Shown here: piece by piece, positions 12,115 through 25,945 of the stretch | How the letters are laid out: each line of letters begins with the position of its first letter | How positions within the stretch are numbered: the first letter of the stretch is position 1 | Source of the DNA: Eledone cirrhosa | Lineage: Eukaryota | Direction of reading: 5' to 3' | Assembly (NCBI GenBank): GCA_964016885.1 | Contig: OZ024742.1 | Coordinates: 240,560,001 to 240,624,000, forward strand | Length of the DNA: 64,000 bases | Position numbers and translations under genes: made by a program | Notes under the pieces: generated by a model | Database searches by the model: none | What the model was told of the DNA's origin: nothing | What the model saw: only the letters and a program-made list of their open reading frames with translations

Positions 12115-12835
12115 TAAATGAACTAAGTGAGAAATTAGGAATAAGAGGGATCAGATGCTGTTTACTTGAGAGAAGACTACGTTGGTATGGCCACGTGATG
12201 CACATGAAAGACGACAGCTGTATAAAAAAGTGCAGGGCGATCAAAATTGATGGTAGTTATGGAGTAGGTAAACCCAGAAAAACCTGGGACGATCTGATAA
12301 ATTCCGACCTTACACACTTGCACCTCTCTAAGAGAATGTTACTGGACCGAGATCTTTGGCGCTACACAGTAATACAGAAGACCCGCCTTGCCTATGTATA
12401 AAACGAAACCTACAGTCAGTAGGTACCTCTTAACCAAATATACACCCCAATCCACTACCCCTACCCTATCCTCCCACTCCTACCAACACCACCCTCTCTC
12501 TGCAACGTTGGTACCACAACGTCCAGTCCAAATAAATGAGATAATGAGATCGAGATCGTGTAGGTGTCACGACAACCCCCCCCCCCCAAAAAAAAAAAAC
12601 CAGTCCACGCTGTAATGTGGCCGTGTAGGTAACACGGTAAAAAAGTTCCCAGTTCCACACTGTAAATGTGGTTGGTGTTAGGAAGGGCATCCAGCCGTAG
12701 AAAACCTGCCAGATAGTCCTATATGAGCGAGACACGGTCACCCGACCTACCTTGCCTCAAGTGGGACAACTCCCGTCTAACCCATGCTAGCGTGGAAGAT
12801 GGACGTTAAACGAAGATGATGGTGATGATGATATA
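12115..12835 (+). mobile_element. RTE LINE 3' end with long 3' tail
   Basis: ERRLRWYGHVMHM.DDSCIKKC..G.YGVGKPRKTW...DR.LWR then minisatellite-containing tail and (GAT)n; same composite at 26517-27118 (-) and 41580-42295 (-). Confidence 0.8.
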
Positions 12836-13259
12836 TATATATATATCATCTTAAAATGAGTTGCACCTTAAATTCAAAGAGCCAGCCTTATCTTACTTAA
12901 ACCTTTTTGAGAATTACGTTAAGGGTAGACGTGTTTGTGGAATGCTCAGCTACTTGCACAGAAATGTTACAAGCAGGCTGTTCCATTGATTGAACAACTA
13001 GAACATTCATCATCAGAAACAACAGAGGTCAAACACTAAAGGGTCCTTTTAACCCTTTGTTTGGCAAGCTTTACATGTATATGTAAATGTGGTTGGCATT
13101 AGGAAGGGCATTCAGCTGTAGAAACCAAGACAAAATCAGTTCTGTGTGAGCAAAACATGGTCCTTCAACTTGGATGTGTCACAAAGGGACAGCACATCCT
13201 ATCCATGCTAGCGTGGAAACTGGAGGTTGAATAATAATGATGATGAGGGCGATGATGAT

Positions 13260-13268
13260 TCATCATCG

Positions 13269-13305
<37 letters not shown>

Positions 13306-13990
13306 TTTACGTCTGCTTTTCCTCCGTGAGCTTCAGCGATATGAGGTCAGCTCTCACCACCTCCGCCGATGATTATATATATATATATATACACATACAT
13401 ACATATACACACATATATACATACATATACACACAGATGTATACATGTGTGTGTGTGTATATATATACATATATATATATGTATACACATATATACATAC
13501 ACACACACACACGTACGGAAGGACGGTTATATGATGCCTGTGTGAGGTGCGCGATGCTGCATGGTAGTGAGACATGGGCTGCAACTGCAGAGGATATGCG
13601 ACGGCTGGAGAGAAATGAAGCAAGCATGCTCCGTTGGATGTGCAATGTACGTGAACGACCGAGCATGGATGTGTTGAGGGAGAAACTGTGTTTAAGAGGG
13701 ATAAGTTGTAGTGTGCGGGAGAGAAGAATGCGATGGTATGGACATGTGATACGCATGGAGGATGACCGCTGGGTAAAGAAGTGCCAAGAAATGCCAGTTG
13801 AAGGAAGACACAGTAAAAGGAAGACTACGAAAAACATGAGCGGAGGTGGTGAGAGCAGACCTCAGTTTGCTGAAGCTCACAGTGGAGATGACGAAGGATC
13901 GTGACAAGTGGAGAGATGCTGTGCTGAATAGGACCTGTCCCACTCTTGCAAGCCGGGAAAAGCGGACGTAAAATGATGATGATGATGATA
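13260..13990. mobile_element. RTE 3' fragment (+, 13512-13990) preceded by a short inverted 3' piece (-, 13260-13370)
   Basis: GRLYDACVRCAMLHGSETWA...RRMRWYGHV; (CAT)n and (GAT)n tails point outward on both sides. Confidence 0.85.
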
Positions 13991-16202
13991 TTATATTTAC
14001 GCCACTCTAATCTCTGTGGTCACACTAGAAGTTAGCAGTATAGACTTGTCACATTTGCTGTTCCTGTGGATTTATTCAGTGTTGGATCCCCATTGTTTCT
14101 GTTGATAAGTGGTGTTCTAGTTGTCCGATCAATGGAACAGCCTGCTCGTAAAATTAATGTGCAAGTGGCTGAGCATTCTACAGACATGTCTACCCTTAAG
14201 AGTCAGTGTGACACAGTGCAAGGCAAGGCTTGCACTTTTAATTAAAGGTGTAACTCATTTTTTCCAGCTGAATCGTTTGAAGCAACTTGAAATAAAATGT
14301 CTTGCTTAAGAGGACATCCAACACACTACCTGTTCTAGGAATTAAACTCATGATATTAGGATTGTGAGCCCAACACCTTAACCACTAAACCACTCACTTT
14401 CACTACTATTGTTAATGTTGTATTTGTTTGCATTGTTGTTGTTATAAATATCTGCTAACAAACTCAGTTATTCTTGTATATACCATATATACTCAAATAT
14501 AAGTCAACCCTCTATTTTGTGTCTGATAAATAGGCAAAAATCCAAACCCCTGTTAATAAGCTGAGGCAGGTTATGTATAGATGGTGCTGTTTTGAAATTA
14601 TCATTAGTGGAGAATATATTTATGAAGTTTTAATATTTTGATATTTAAAATGTTTTAGTGTTGTTTAGAACATTGCTTTGTTTTACAACTTCATTATGTA
14701 ATGATTTTTTTTAACAAATTTGAAGGCCATATTCATTCAAAATATAAAAAAAAAACAATAGGAAATACAAATTTCATAGTGAAGATATTTCTCGGCTTAT
14801 GTATGAGTATATATGGTAATTCTATTAATCTGTTTGTTTTTTTATGTTCTTGTTTTATTTATTTATATATTTATTTATTTTCCAAATGCCAATCAAAAAT
14901 TCAATTTACCATTACTAGATGCAACAAAGATATAATGTGAAGTTGAAGCTAGATTTTAGAAATTTAGACTTTATGCAATACATGATACTTCATAGAGACA
15001 ACATAGGAGCAAGAAATAAGGATTTCCAATTTAGGCACAAGGCCAGCAATTTGTGGGGAGGGGAAAGTTGATTATATTGACTCCAGTACTTTATCAACTT
15101 TGAAAAGATGAAAGGCAAAGTCGACCTCAGTGTGATTTGAACTCTGAATGTAAAGGAACCAGAACAAAGGCCACAGATACCATATTGACACTCTTATGTT
15201 TCTACCAATCCTCATCGCTTACGGTGACGAGTATTCCATTTGATACAATCAATGGAAAAGCCTGCTTGTGAAATTAACGTGCAAGTGGCTGAACATTCCA
15301 CAGACATGCGTACTCTTAATAGTTCTCAGGGAGATTCAATGTGACACAGAATATGTCAAGACTGGATCTTCGAATTACAGGTACAACTCATTTTTGCCAG
15401 CTGAGTGAACTGGAGCAACGTGAAATAAAGTGTCTTGTTTAAGGACACAATGCATCACCTGGAATCAAACACGAGACCATACAATCATGAGCTGAATGCC
15501 CTAATTACAAAACCACATGCCCTCACACTAATTGTGTTGTTTAGAGTGTTGGTCTCACAGTGGTAATGTCTTTGGTTTAATCAGTGTCTTTGAGCAAGGC
15601 ATTTCATTTCACATTGCTCCACTCTACTTAACTGAAGAGTCTTAGTACCAGTAGCAGCATCTTAGAAGTCAACTGTGTGTTGGACTGATATCCTCTCCAC
15701 AGGAGAGTCATGTACTCTGTCATTGAACACCACATAAAACTAAGATAAGTTCTGAGACAGACTGCCTTTTAAAACATTGTCATTGGATCTAGACTCTGTT
15801 TCTATCTGGGGTAACACCATTTCACTTCTGTCTGCTGAGACCAAGGGCTAACCTCCACCTGACATTCTACATGTCAAAGAGATAGAACGAGCAAGCATGA
15901 CAACTTTTCATTGACTGATTCATGCTGTTACCAGTGTTTACTACATACAAGCTGTGTTTTGCAACAGCCTGTTTCATAGGTCATGGAGTACTTTTCAGCC
16001 AAGATGCATTGTCATCAATGTTTAAATGAGAATATATTTCTTTCAGAATTGATGGAAGCATTTTCAAATCAGAAAATTATTTTATTTTCAATGAAAGGAA
16101 TATCTGAATGATAGTGTTGGTATTTTAGCCCTGATTGGAACCTAGCAAATGTATTGATCAATTATAAGATTTAAAATAGATTGCTGTTTCCGATTGCTGT
16201 AG

Positions 16203-16439
16203 GTTTGGAGCCGCCTTTTTTAACTATAGCACCAACACCATATTCTTTTGATGGTGCTTACTATCAGGGCCGTCCAATAGCTCCAGGAACCATTTTCCAC
16301 ACCAGCAATGGAGTAATTCCTCACACAGAACAATATCATCATCACCATCACCACCTTCCTGCTATGTTGTCTTCAGTACCCATATCTGTTGTACATGATC
16401 CAACTTCAGGAAAGGTATCTCAACAAAACAACACACAGA
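16203..16439 (+). CDS. Penultimate exon of the same gene (Pro/Tyr/His-rich low-complexity tail); alternative donors after 16414 or 16439
   Basis: ctgtag| acceptor, phase 1 entry matches the previous exon. Encodes GLEPPFLTIAPTPYSFDGAYYQGRPIAPG...HHHHHHLPAML...PTSGK. Donors AAG|gtatct (16414) and AGA|gtaaga (16439). Confidence 0.75.
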
Positions 16440-16654
16440 GTAAGATTATTTTAAAACTCTTTTCTCTTTTCTCTTTTTTTCCCTTATATTTTCCTCACAT
16501 TCTTCTTTATAGTTCTTCCCTTCCTTTAACTCACTCCAATCAGATAACTACCGAGTAATTTGCTAGAAATATGAATTTCAGCAAGCTTAAAATCAGTTTA
16601 TTTATTATCATTTCAATAATACAATAGAAATAATTTTTTGGTTGGCATCCTACT

Positions 16655-17145
16655 TTAACCCTTTTGATACTAAGCCACATGAAATCACCCATGAGTCTAC
16701 AATATGAAGCTATTTATTTTAAAGAGTTTATATTTATCTAAACACCTCCCATCATAATTTTATGTTACAACCTTTCTTAAGTTATTTTCTAAACACCAGC
16801 TTAACCCTTTAGTATTTACATTACTCTATATATACTATTATATTTTCACGGCTTCATCTCACATAATATTGAATCTACAAGATGTTGATATTATTTATTT
16901 TGAGAACAATACCTTAACCTCAGTATGAGCAACCAGTTACGGCTGGTTTGAACAGAAAGAAGTGAGAGAAATCTGGCAGATATGGCTGGTTTAAATGCTA
17001 AAGGGTTAAGCTATTTTCCAAACACCAGCTTAATAATGAAGAAGTTAGTTATATTGTTAGATTTCTTCAAATTCTTGATTATTTTGAAAATTATTTGAAA
17101 ATCATAGGCTGTGGTTTTCATTACAAATATATTAAGAAAAGGGTT
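16655..17145 (+). mobile_element. Second TTAA MITE family (also ~11005-11370, 19263-19530, 9850-10079, 24400-24620) hosting a nested MITE
   Basis: TTAACCCTTTT(g/a)ATAC...g(t)aa(t)gaaaGGGTTA termini. Confidence 0.6.
16801..17009 (+). mobile_element. piggyBac-type MITE (nested)
   Basis: TTAA|CCCTTTAG...CTAAAGGG|TTAA. Confidence 0.85.
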
Positions 17146-17282
17146 ATATGTTCCATTTAAAAGGATTTTTTTGTTTTTGTTTTGTTAACAATCTATAAAA
17201 GCATTTGTAATTTTGTTTTTGTGATCCCTGTTTGTGGGTATATTAACTCTTAACATCCTGTGGTAATTTAGCAGAAAATATG

Positions 17283-17499
17283 TTAACCATTTGGTATTTA
17301 CATTACTCTATATATACTATTGTATTTTCACAGTAAACACTTTATCTCACATAATATTGAATCTGTGAGATTTTGATTATTATTTATTTTGAGAACAATA
17401 CCTTAACATCAGTATGAGTGGCTGGTTACAGCTGGTTTGAACAGAAAGAGGTGAGAAAATTCTGGCTGGATACAACTGGTTTAAATGCTAAAGCATTAA
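17283..17499 (+). mobile_element. piggyBac-type MITE (decayed TIRs)
   Basis: Internal sequence matches the 11700 and 16801 copies. Confidence 0.8.
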
Positions 17500-17894
17500 A
17501 ATGGATTTGTTAATTTAAATGTTATAGTATCTTTACTAGTGGACAGATATAATGTGAACAATTGTTGTAAACTTAAAAGTAAAGACTTTAATTTTGAATA
17601 ATTGTTGTAAACTTTAATTTTGAATGTGATGCACTCAAAGCGCTGCTTTATACTTTTCAAGAATGTTTTGTTAATGGGGTTTTATGTGGTACAGGATGTT
17701 ATGAGTTAAAGAAAGAATAAACACTTTAAAAAAGTTGTTTTAAAAGTTACTTGAATTCTTTCATAAATATTTTTACCTACTAACATTTAAATTCAGTAAA
17801 ATTGCTGTAAAAGAGTTGTTTAAAAATGAAGGTGAAATTTTCTTTAGCAGTTAGCACAATTGATTTTAGAAAAAAAAAACGTCTATGAAGGTCT

Positions 17895-18345
17895 GATCAT
17901 TATCACCAACACCATCACCACCATTACCCTCATCATCACAGTCACCATTATCACTATCACTACCATCATCACCACCATCACCATTATCACAACCATCACC
18001 ACCACCACCACCACCACCACCATCACTATCAACTTCATCATCAAATCCATCATCACCATCGCTATCACCACAACTGTCACAACCACCATCATTACCATCA
18101 CCACTACCACCATCAACACCATCACTATCACTACCATCACCACTATCACCATGACCACCATCGTCATCATCACCGTTACTACCATCACCATTACCACCAT
18201 CACTGCTATCACTATAATCACTATTACCATCACTACCATCAACATCATCGTCACCATCACCACCACCAACAGCATCATCAACATTACCACCACCACCACC
18301 ATTGTCATCATCACTACCATCACCATCATTACTACTACCATTTCA
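17895..18345. repeat. Degenerate (CAT/CAC)n trinucleotide tract
   Basis: Direct reading; generates the spurious Thr/Ile and Val/Met ORFs. Confidence 0.95.
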
Positions 18346-18760
18346 TGTCTGCCTTAAATAAATCACATTTTGGGACTAGAAAGTCCCTGTCTTGTGGCAT
18401 GGTCTCTACAACTGGATGCCCTTCTTATCACTGACCACTTTACAGTAGGGACTTGGTGCATTGTATCATGAAACCAACACTACCACTTTACAGAGTGGAC
18501 TGGGTGTATTTAATCATGGCACTAGCTCTAGCATTTTACAGAGCCGACTGGGTGCATTTTTTCATGGTACTAGCAAAACTACTTTACAGGATGAACTGGG
18601 TGCATTTAACCTTTTTTATATCAAACTGCCTGTAACCAGATTCTTGAATATTTTCATAATTATTTGGAAATCATAGGCAGTGCCTTTGATTAGAATTCTA
18701 ATGAAAAGGTTAATGAATAGTCTGTATGTATTTTTATACTTTTATCTTTTATTTTCTCAG

Positions 18761-18816
18761 TTGTACCAATGCTCCCAGATGGTGATGGCCCCTATATCCA
18801 AGAACAACAGAACTAG
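18761..18816 (+). CDS. Probable terminal coding exon (stop 18814-18816 if donor 16439 is used; stop 18884-18886 if donor 16414 is used)
   Basis: Very strong acceptor tttttatacttttatcttttattttctcag|. Phase-1 reading (I)VPMLPDGDGPYIQEQQN*; phase-0 reading LYQCSQMVMAP...AKTSV*. Confidence 0.65.
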
Positions 18817-19619
18817 CAGGTACTACACAGCATCAACAACAACATCAACACAGTTGATATTGCATATTGCAAAAACATCAGTTTAAAACAACAACCCAAA
18901 ATCTAAGAAAACAATGCTGATATGTTTGTTGACAGCAACAACAACAACAACAATGATGATGATGGTGATGATGATGATCATGAGCTGCCATGACAAATAT
19001 CTACTTCACCATTTAATTCTGATCTAGTCTACTATAAGGATGTTGACTCTTTCAAATATTCACACTCCTGTCTTCACCCAACACCATCTCCAACTTTCTT
19101 CTTCTGGTTCTTATTTATCAGTTTTTTTCCATTATTAAAAATAATGTTTTTGTTTTTTTTTAACAAAAAGAAAGAGAGAAAGCAAAAGTACAAGTCTATG
19201 GTCGTTTGCTTTCAAAATCAATCCTTATGAATTCTCAGATGGTCTTTCAATCCAAATACTTTTAACCCTTTTAATACCAGACAGTCTGAAACTACCTATG
19301 TTTCTGTGACACAAAACTGTTTTAAAGTTTCTTATATTTAACTAAAACCTTTCCATCATAATTTTATGTAAGAACCAGTGTAAAGCCATGCTCAAAACAC
19401 CAGCTAAATAATGAGTATGTTTGTGATATGACAAATGACAAAATAACTCCAAATTCTTGGATCATTCTTGAAATGACTTGAAAATTATATGCAGTATCTT
19501 TCTTGAGAAATATGGTAATGAAAGGGTTAATATACCCCTTTTTAAAAAAAATTTTCCTGCTATTTATTTTACTTTTTATTTATATCTTTTCTTTTTACAT
19601 GTATGCATGTACATATAGA

Positions 19620-19900
19620 AGGCAGTGAATTAGCAGTCATTCAGGCGTTGGATTAAAATATGCTTCTGTATATATTCCAACTCACTGAGCTCTGAGTTGA
19701 AATCCCACCATGGTCAACTTTATGTTTCACTCTTTTGAGGTCAATAAATAAAGTACCAGTCTAGTACTGAGGTAGATTCTTCCTCTATCTCTCTTTACCA
19801 CTTTCTCTTGCTCTCTCTCCTTCTCCGGAAGAAATTGACTGTGTTCTGATGTGGAGAGGGATGGGCTCTGCCAGGTTTAAAATGTCCAAGCCACGCCGTG
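19620..19900 (+). mobile_element. tRNA-derived SINE family 1 with variant tail (similar copy 60160-60410)
   Basis: Decayed A/B boxes and ..gaggtcaataaataaagtaccagt core; tail ccggaagaaattgactgtg..gggctctgccaggtttaaaat shared with 60345-60410. Confidence 0.6.
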
Positions 19901-20984
19901 TGTCAGGATGGCACCCCTATGACCCCACTAGGAATTAAGTAATGTCTCTTTGCTTTCCTTTCCTGTATATATACATATATTTGCAACATAATAATATATA
20001 ATATTTGTTTTATTTGTTCGCCATTACTTTGTGATATTAATGTCGGGTTTGATTCACAGATCAGGCAGCATGTTTTCTTGAGCATGACATTTAATTTTCT
20101 GTTGTTCCAGTTCACTCAGTTGGAAAATGTGTACCAGTAACATCTGAGGGTTAACCCTGTCACACAAGGCCAGTGTGCTGCAGTATCTTGTACTGTTAAC
20201 CACATGATACCAATGAAACCAGGATAAACTCCAGCCTGATGAGTCTGAGTTTGGAACAGATTTCATTATTTGTTCCAACTATGGCATAGATTTACTGCGC
20301 TTTACAGTCTGAGTTCAAATCCTGCCGAGGTTAACTTTGCCTTTCATCCTTGCGGGGTCGATAAAATAAAGTACCTGTAATGCACTTGGATAATTGCTGT
20401 CCTTGTGCCAAAAGTAGAAACAATTATTTGTTTCAACTTGAAATATAATTTTTAGAAAAGAGATAGAAACCTAAATATATCCAGACACAGGGAGATATGT
20501 GTAATAGATAGGTAATTTTGAGGTATGTCTGCTTTTACAACCCCACTACCACAACTCTCACCATCATCATTACCACTACTACCTCCACCACTACTACCAG
20601 CATCACCACTACCACCAACACTACCACTACCTACATCACCACAACTACCTCCATCACCACCACCACTACCTCCACGACCACTAACTCCACCAAGAACTCC
20701 AACACCATTGTTGTTGGACCTCCAACCTGCTCGTGAAATTTATGGGGACACAGCTGAGCATTCCACTGACATGTGTATCCTTAACATAGTTCTCAGGGAG
20801 ATTCAGCATAACACAGTGCGTGTGTGTGTGAGACAAAGTTGGCCCTTTGAATTATATGTACAACTCAGTTTTGTCAAGTGAGTGGAGTGGAGCAATGTGA
20901 AATAGCATCTCTTGTTCAAGGATACAACGTATCACTGAGAATTAATGTCATGGTGTTATGAACACAAGCCAAACACCTTAACCA

Positions 20985-21202
20985 TTAACCCTTTAGCATT
21001 TACATTACTCTATATTTACTATTATATTTTCATGGTAAAGGCTTTACCTTACATAATTATCTCACATAATATTGAATCTATGAGATTTTGGTTAATTTAT
21101 TTTGAGAACAACACCTTAACATAAGTATGAGTGGCTTGTTACAGCTGGTTTGAACAGAAAGAGGTGAGAGAATTATGGCTGGTTTAAATGCTAAAGGGTT
21201 AA
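20985..21202 (+). mobile_element. piggyBac-type MITE inserted in a SINE head
   Basis: Perfect TTAA|CCCTTTAGCATTTA...TAAATGCTAAAGGG|TTAA. Confidence 0.88.
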
Positions 21203-21289
21203 GCTACTTACCTTCACTGCTCTACTGTATACCAACGTTGCCAAGTATTGTAAAGCATAGTAAACAAACAGCATATCATAAGGGACAGT

Positions 21290-21425
21290 CGACCTTGTGG
21301 TCCTGGAGGCAGACATGCTGGAACAGCCACTCCAGCCCGCGAGGCTCACACTTGCGGGTAGCCATTTCCGCTCCGATAGCAGTGATCAGGGATGTGGTCT
21401 AGGGGCCAATGTCCTTCCACTCCAC
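21290..21425 (-). mobile_element. CRE-like (restriction-like endonuclease) non-LTR fragment
   Basis: Minus: IGP*TTSLITAIGAEMATRKCEPRGLEWLFQHVCL, homologous to 25620-25945. Confidence 0.55.
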
Positions 21426-21552
21426 AGAATAAATCTTCTATTGTGGCCTTCTAAGTATGTATTAACAGTAGAACAACATCAGCAACAAGTGTTTTAAGGG
21501 CATCCCTACTACTTTCGCAGCATAGACTTAGCATTGTAGTGAGTGACATGGG

Positions 21553-21814
21553 CAGGGTTGGATTTAGTCCTTTGTGGGGCTAGTGCACTTCAGGTTTGGG
21601 AGGGGCTCCTCATACACAAAAAATTAGAAATATCAAAGTTAGCTTGGCACAAGTAATTGGAATGTTAAATTCAGAAATTCTAACCATCCTAAAACTACAA
21701 CGTCTAGCTGTAGGTACAAATAAATTACTACGCCCATTGCTGTGGGACTGTCCACTGCAGGAGATCTCGGGGCATTTGACCCCTTTGCACCCCTCCCATT
21801 AAATCCGGCCCCGG
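21553..21814. mobile_element. Possible hAT-like MITE
   Basis: Imperfect TIRs cagggttggattta / taaatccggccccg; TSD not confirmed. Confidence 0.35.
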
Positions 21815-22504
21815 TCACAGGACCCCGACATGCTTAAACATACTCTATCATGGGGTCCTTATTCTTTGTCAATAATTTATAGCCAGATGCCATTCTTGGC
21901 ACTGACCATTTTAGTTGCTTAACATTGACTGTCAATTATTCCTTACTACAGATGAAGGGGACCACAATTTCATGCAGTCTTCTCATTTCATTCACCATAT
22001 TGGTGGTGATGATGGAATATTTATATTGTACACCTGTTTACCATATTAGCTGTGGTTCCATAGCAATCCTGATCTGTTGTACAAAATGCTAATATAGTAT
22101 GTATGATTTCATCATCATAATTTTACATCTGCTTTCCACACTGGCATGGGTTGGCTGGGTTGTCATTGTCCAAGAGACCACAGAATCAACTAGCATTAGC
22201 ACTAACACAGCATGATTCTTGTCTCAGTACCAAGTGAGTAAATGCCATTGATGATGGATAAAAATCCAGAAACAAGTGTCTGACATTCTCAAATGGCTCC
22301 TGAGATAGCTGTGAAATGATCACGGCTATTAACTGGATTTAAAACAGTCATAAAAAGACTCTTGTATGTTTAGTAGATATGAATAGATTGTATATGCCTT
22401 CTTATTTATATATAACTTTAATAATAACAACAGTGTTGCTATTATTGTGTATAGACTTAACCAGAAGGTTTAAAGCTCAATATAGTAGGGTTCATGCAGA
22501 GCTG

Positions 22505-22882
22505 ATATATAAAGAATGATGGGTGCCAGAGAGTCGATATGTTGTCAGACTAACACATGTTTCAACCAAGAGAGATTCCTCCTGAGGATATGAGGCTATA
22601 AAATCAGGAATCTTAGAATTTTATTAAGAATTAAGAGTTTTTATCTAAAGTTCCATTATGATTTCATACTTCAATCATAAGAAATAGGCTCGAAATCGGT
22701 ATCATCAGTTTTATTATCATAGAATATCAGCTTATATACACATCAATAAATCAATGAGTCAATGATAGAATTGGCAACAGTTCCATTTTATAGTCTTATA
22801 TCCTCAGGAGGAATCTCTATCGGTTGAAACGTGTTAGTTTGACAACATATAAATTCTTAGGTGTTTATTATTCTTTATATAT
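22505..22882. repeat. Spaced inverted repeat (~100-bp arms)
   Basis: atatgttgtcagactaacac..agagattcctcctgaggatatgaggctataaaa versus its reverse complement at 22786-22850. Confidence 0.8.
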
Positions 22883-22973
22883 ATATGTGTGTGTGTGTAG
22901 AGAGAGAGAATAGGTATCTTTATTATAGATAGAAATGACTTCTACAGGAAGAATCACACACACACACACATAT

Positions 22974-23024
<51 letters not shown>

Positions 23025-24001
23025 TTACATAAGCATGTGCATTTAATTCATGTTTAGTAACCATAAACATTTTTGGTTAAAGAAGTGTATAGAAACATTT
23101 TTTTTTTTCAATCAATGGTTTATTTCTGTCAAATTTTCTTAACATTAGCTGAGTAAGTGGCAATTTGAATAGAATTTTTAATATATATATATATGGATTC
23201 ATAGTAATTTCCTCCTTGTCAAAATGAATGGAGTTAAATTTAGATATTAACTCAATAATTGTTGGTACATATAACTATTTATACAGTTGACTGCTCTTGC
23301 CAACACACACCACACCCTCTTGTTATATATATATATATATGCTTTTCATTTATATATATATATATATATATATTATTATTATTATTATTAATCACCAGTC
23401 AAATTCAGGTCTTGTTTTTTCCAGTGAACAGATAAGGACTACTGAGAATTGACTAGGTCATATGAACCAAGTTAATGTTTGTATGTGTGTCTATAATATA
23501 TATACACACACACATATATGTTATAATATATACACATATATGTGTATGTATATACCTATACAAATATGTATATATATTTATGCACTCATATATATACATA
23601 TACATATCTATATATACACACACATATATGTTATAATATATACACATATATGTGTATGTATATACCTATACAAATATGTATATATATTTATGCACTCATA
23701 TATATATACATATATGTATATACATACATACATATATGTATGTATGTATATATGTATATATAGATATATATATTTGTGAAGTTGTGTGGCTGAGTGGTTA
23801 GAGAATTGGATTTGCAATCGTGAGGTTGTGAGTTCGATTCCTGGACTGGGTGATGCGTTATGTCCTTGAGCAAGACACTTTATTTCATGTAGCTCCTTCT
23901 ACCTGGAATTGCGACCGATAGAAAGTATTAGCAATTTGAAAGACCAATGGAAACATTGTTTCTTTGGTCCGATTTGATGAAAGTCGACTGACTGACTGTT
24001 G

Positions 24002-24049
<48 letters not shown>

Positions 24050-25353
24050 AGATCCTAAAGCCATTTCTATATGAAACAATTATATATACGCACACATACA
24101 TTATATATATATATATATATACATACATATATATATACATTCATATATATTCACACACGCACACATACACACACACACATATAGGTTTGATGATAAATTT
24201 ATGAGAAAGTGACTTGTACTTCAACGACATGTGATCTTTAAGCTTGCTCATAGAATACTCTACAGTTAAAGCGTTTCTGACTGGTTGTGAACCTGATTCT
24301 TTTTTTTTTTTTTTTAGAAAAGGCTAGGAAATATGCAAATATATGTAAATTTATTGGTCAGTGTCTATTTTCTTTTCTTTTTCTTCTTTTTTCGTGTTTT
24401 AACTTTTTTAATACCAATCTGACCAAAACTGTTTCCAGTTCTATGAAACCAAACATATTTTAAAGCGTTTCTATTTAAATCAAAATCTTTCAACATAATT
24501 TTATATAAGAACCCTATGTTATGTTTAGTATGAAAAATATAATAATTTTAGTAAATCCCTCAAAATTCTCTATTAATTAGTTGAAACAGAGTGTATGTAT
24601 TTCAATAGAAAAGGGAGCTAAAAGAATATTTGAAAATGTAGTCTTACTGTTGTATTTTAGACAAGTACATTGGTGGTGTACTTTAGACAAGTACATATGA
24701 AATTAATTAAATTTAAGCTTCAGGGCCTTTTAATCCTTGAGGGGCTCCAGAAGAAAATTTGAGATTGTGAGAGGTCCTTATAACAGTTCATGCTTCAGGG
24801 TTCTACAAATGTAGGTCCACTATTGGACAAGTGTGCCAATTTTGTAAATAACAAATGCAGGGTAGAGTCTTCTAAACAGTCAATAGTAAAAAGAAGAAAC
24901 AAAAACAAAACAAAACACACAGGACATCTAGTACTAACCATTAAATTTAAGCTAGATCAAGGAACATAAAATATATATTTGTAGATTGAGTTAAGCTCAA
25001 AGATTATCATTCATTGTGTCTTAACATTAAACTAAAACATTACTTAGGATTGAGATCTCCTGAGTTGGGACTTCTAACAGTGTTGTCCCTTTCTTTTGCA
25101 AGCTAGGATGATTGTTTAAAATGAACCTAACACTAAAATAATATAAAACATCGTATAAGAATTGAATCTACACTTTGTAAATAAAAGCTAAATATTTATA
25201 AGCATCCATAAATACATTAGTAGTTTTGCATTTTGGTGTTTTGTTTTCAGAAAATAAGAATACACAACTGGATGTGTTATTAAATGGCCAAGTTCATGTA
25301 TATATATTTTGTTGTTTGTTTTAACCTATCACTTGTATTGAAAACTAATTTTG

Positions 25354-25385
<32 letters not shown>

Positions 25386-25619
25386 AAGAAAGAAAAAGAT
25401 ATATATTTCGTTATTTTCTTGTTAATAAAAGAACAGTTCTATTTTCTTTCTTGATTGTTCCATATATTTCATATTTCCGAATAAAGTTGCCTGTATTTTC
25501 ATTCTATATTATTTTACAACCCTAAGTAATCTTTAATAGAAGGAGATAGTAACTATTAACTATATTTCTTTACTGTCAGATCTTATACAAACTCGACTAT
25601 CATTACAATTATCACCTCT

Positions 25620-25945
25620 AGTAGTGGTTGATAATGTAAAAATACACACACATGTACACCAGGTCTGAACACAGAGGAGCGAAACTCCCACTGTCATCAC
25701 TTCCGTCTCTATAGCCCTCCCCATCTCTCACTAGTATGAGCAAATGGGGGTCCCACACGCTGGCTCCCCGATGGCCCTCGCTGACAGAATTGAGAAGGCA
25801 TTTCCCCAGAGGATGGTGAGGGAGATATGCTGGAAGAGCCATTCCAGCTCGCAAGGCTCACACCTGGGGCTAGCCAGCCCAGCGCTTATGATGGTGAGTA
25901 GAGAGGGGGCCCCAGGGTCAAGGACACCAGAAGTCGATTGTTAAC
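25620..25945 (-). mobile_element. CRE-like RLE non-LTR retrotransposon 3' end
   Basis: Minus: TSGVLDPGAPSLLTIISAGLASPRCEPCELEWLFQHISLTILWGNAFSILSA, fitting the ET.G..GP.A...L.QR.S...RGNA..I C-terminus of CRE-type elements; third piece at 32605-32780. Confidence 0.65.

Noticed and set aside
17860-18357. Thr/Ile-rich and Val/Met-rich ORFs (also 20518-20881, 38572-38832)
   Set aside because: Trinucleotide-repeat tracts without splice or homology support.
22786-22850. Hammerhead in the 22.5-22.9 kb inverted repeat
   Set aside because: Core reads CUCAGGA and no stem I can be formed.
25354-25384. Poly(A) run as a retrocopy tail
   Set aside because: No upstream ORF or TSD; more likely a genomic A-tract in 3' UTR-like sequence.
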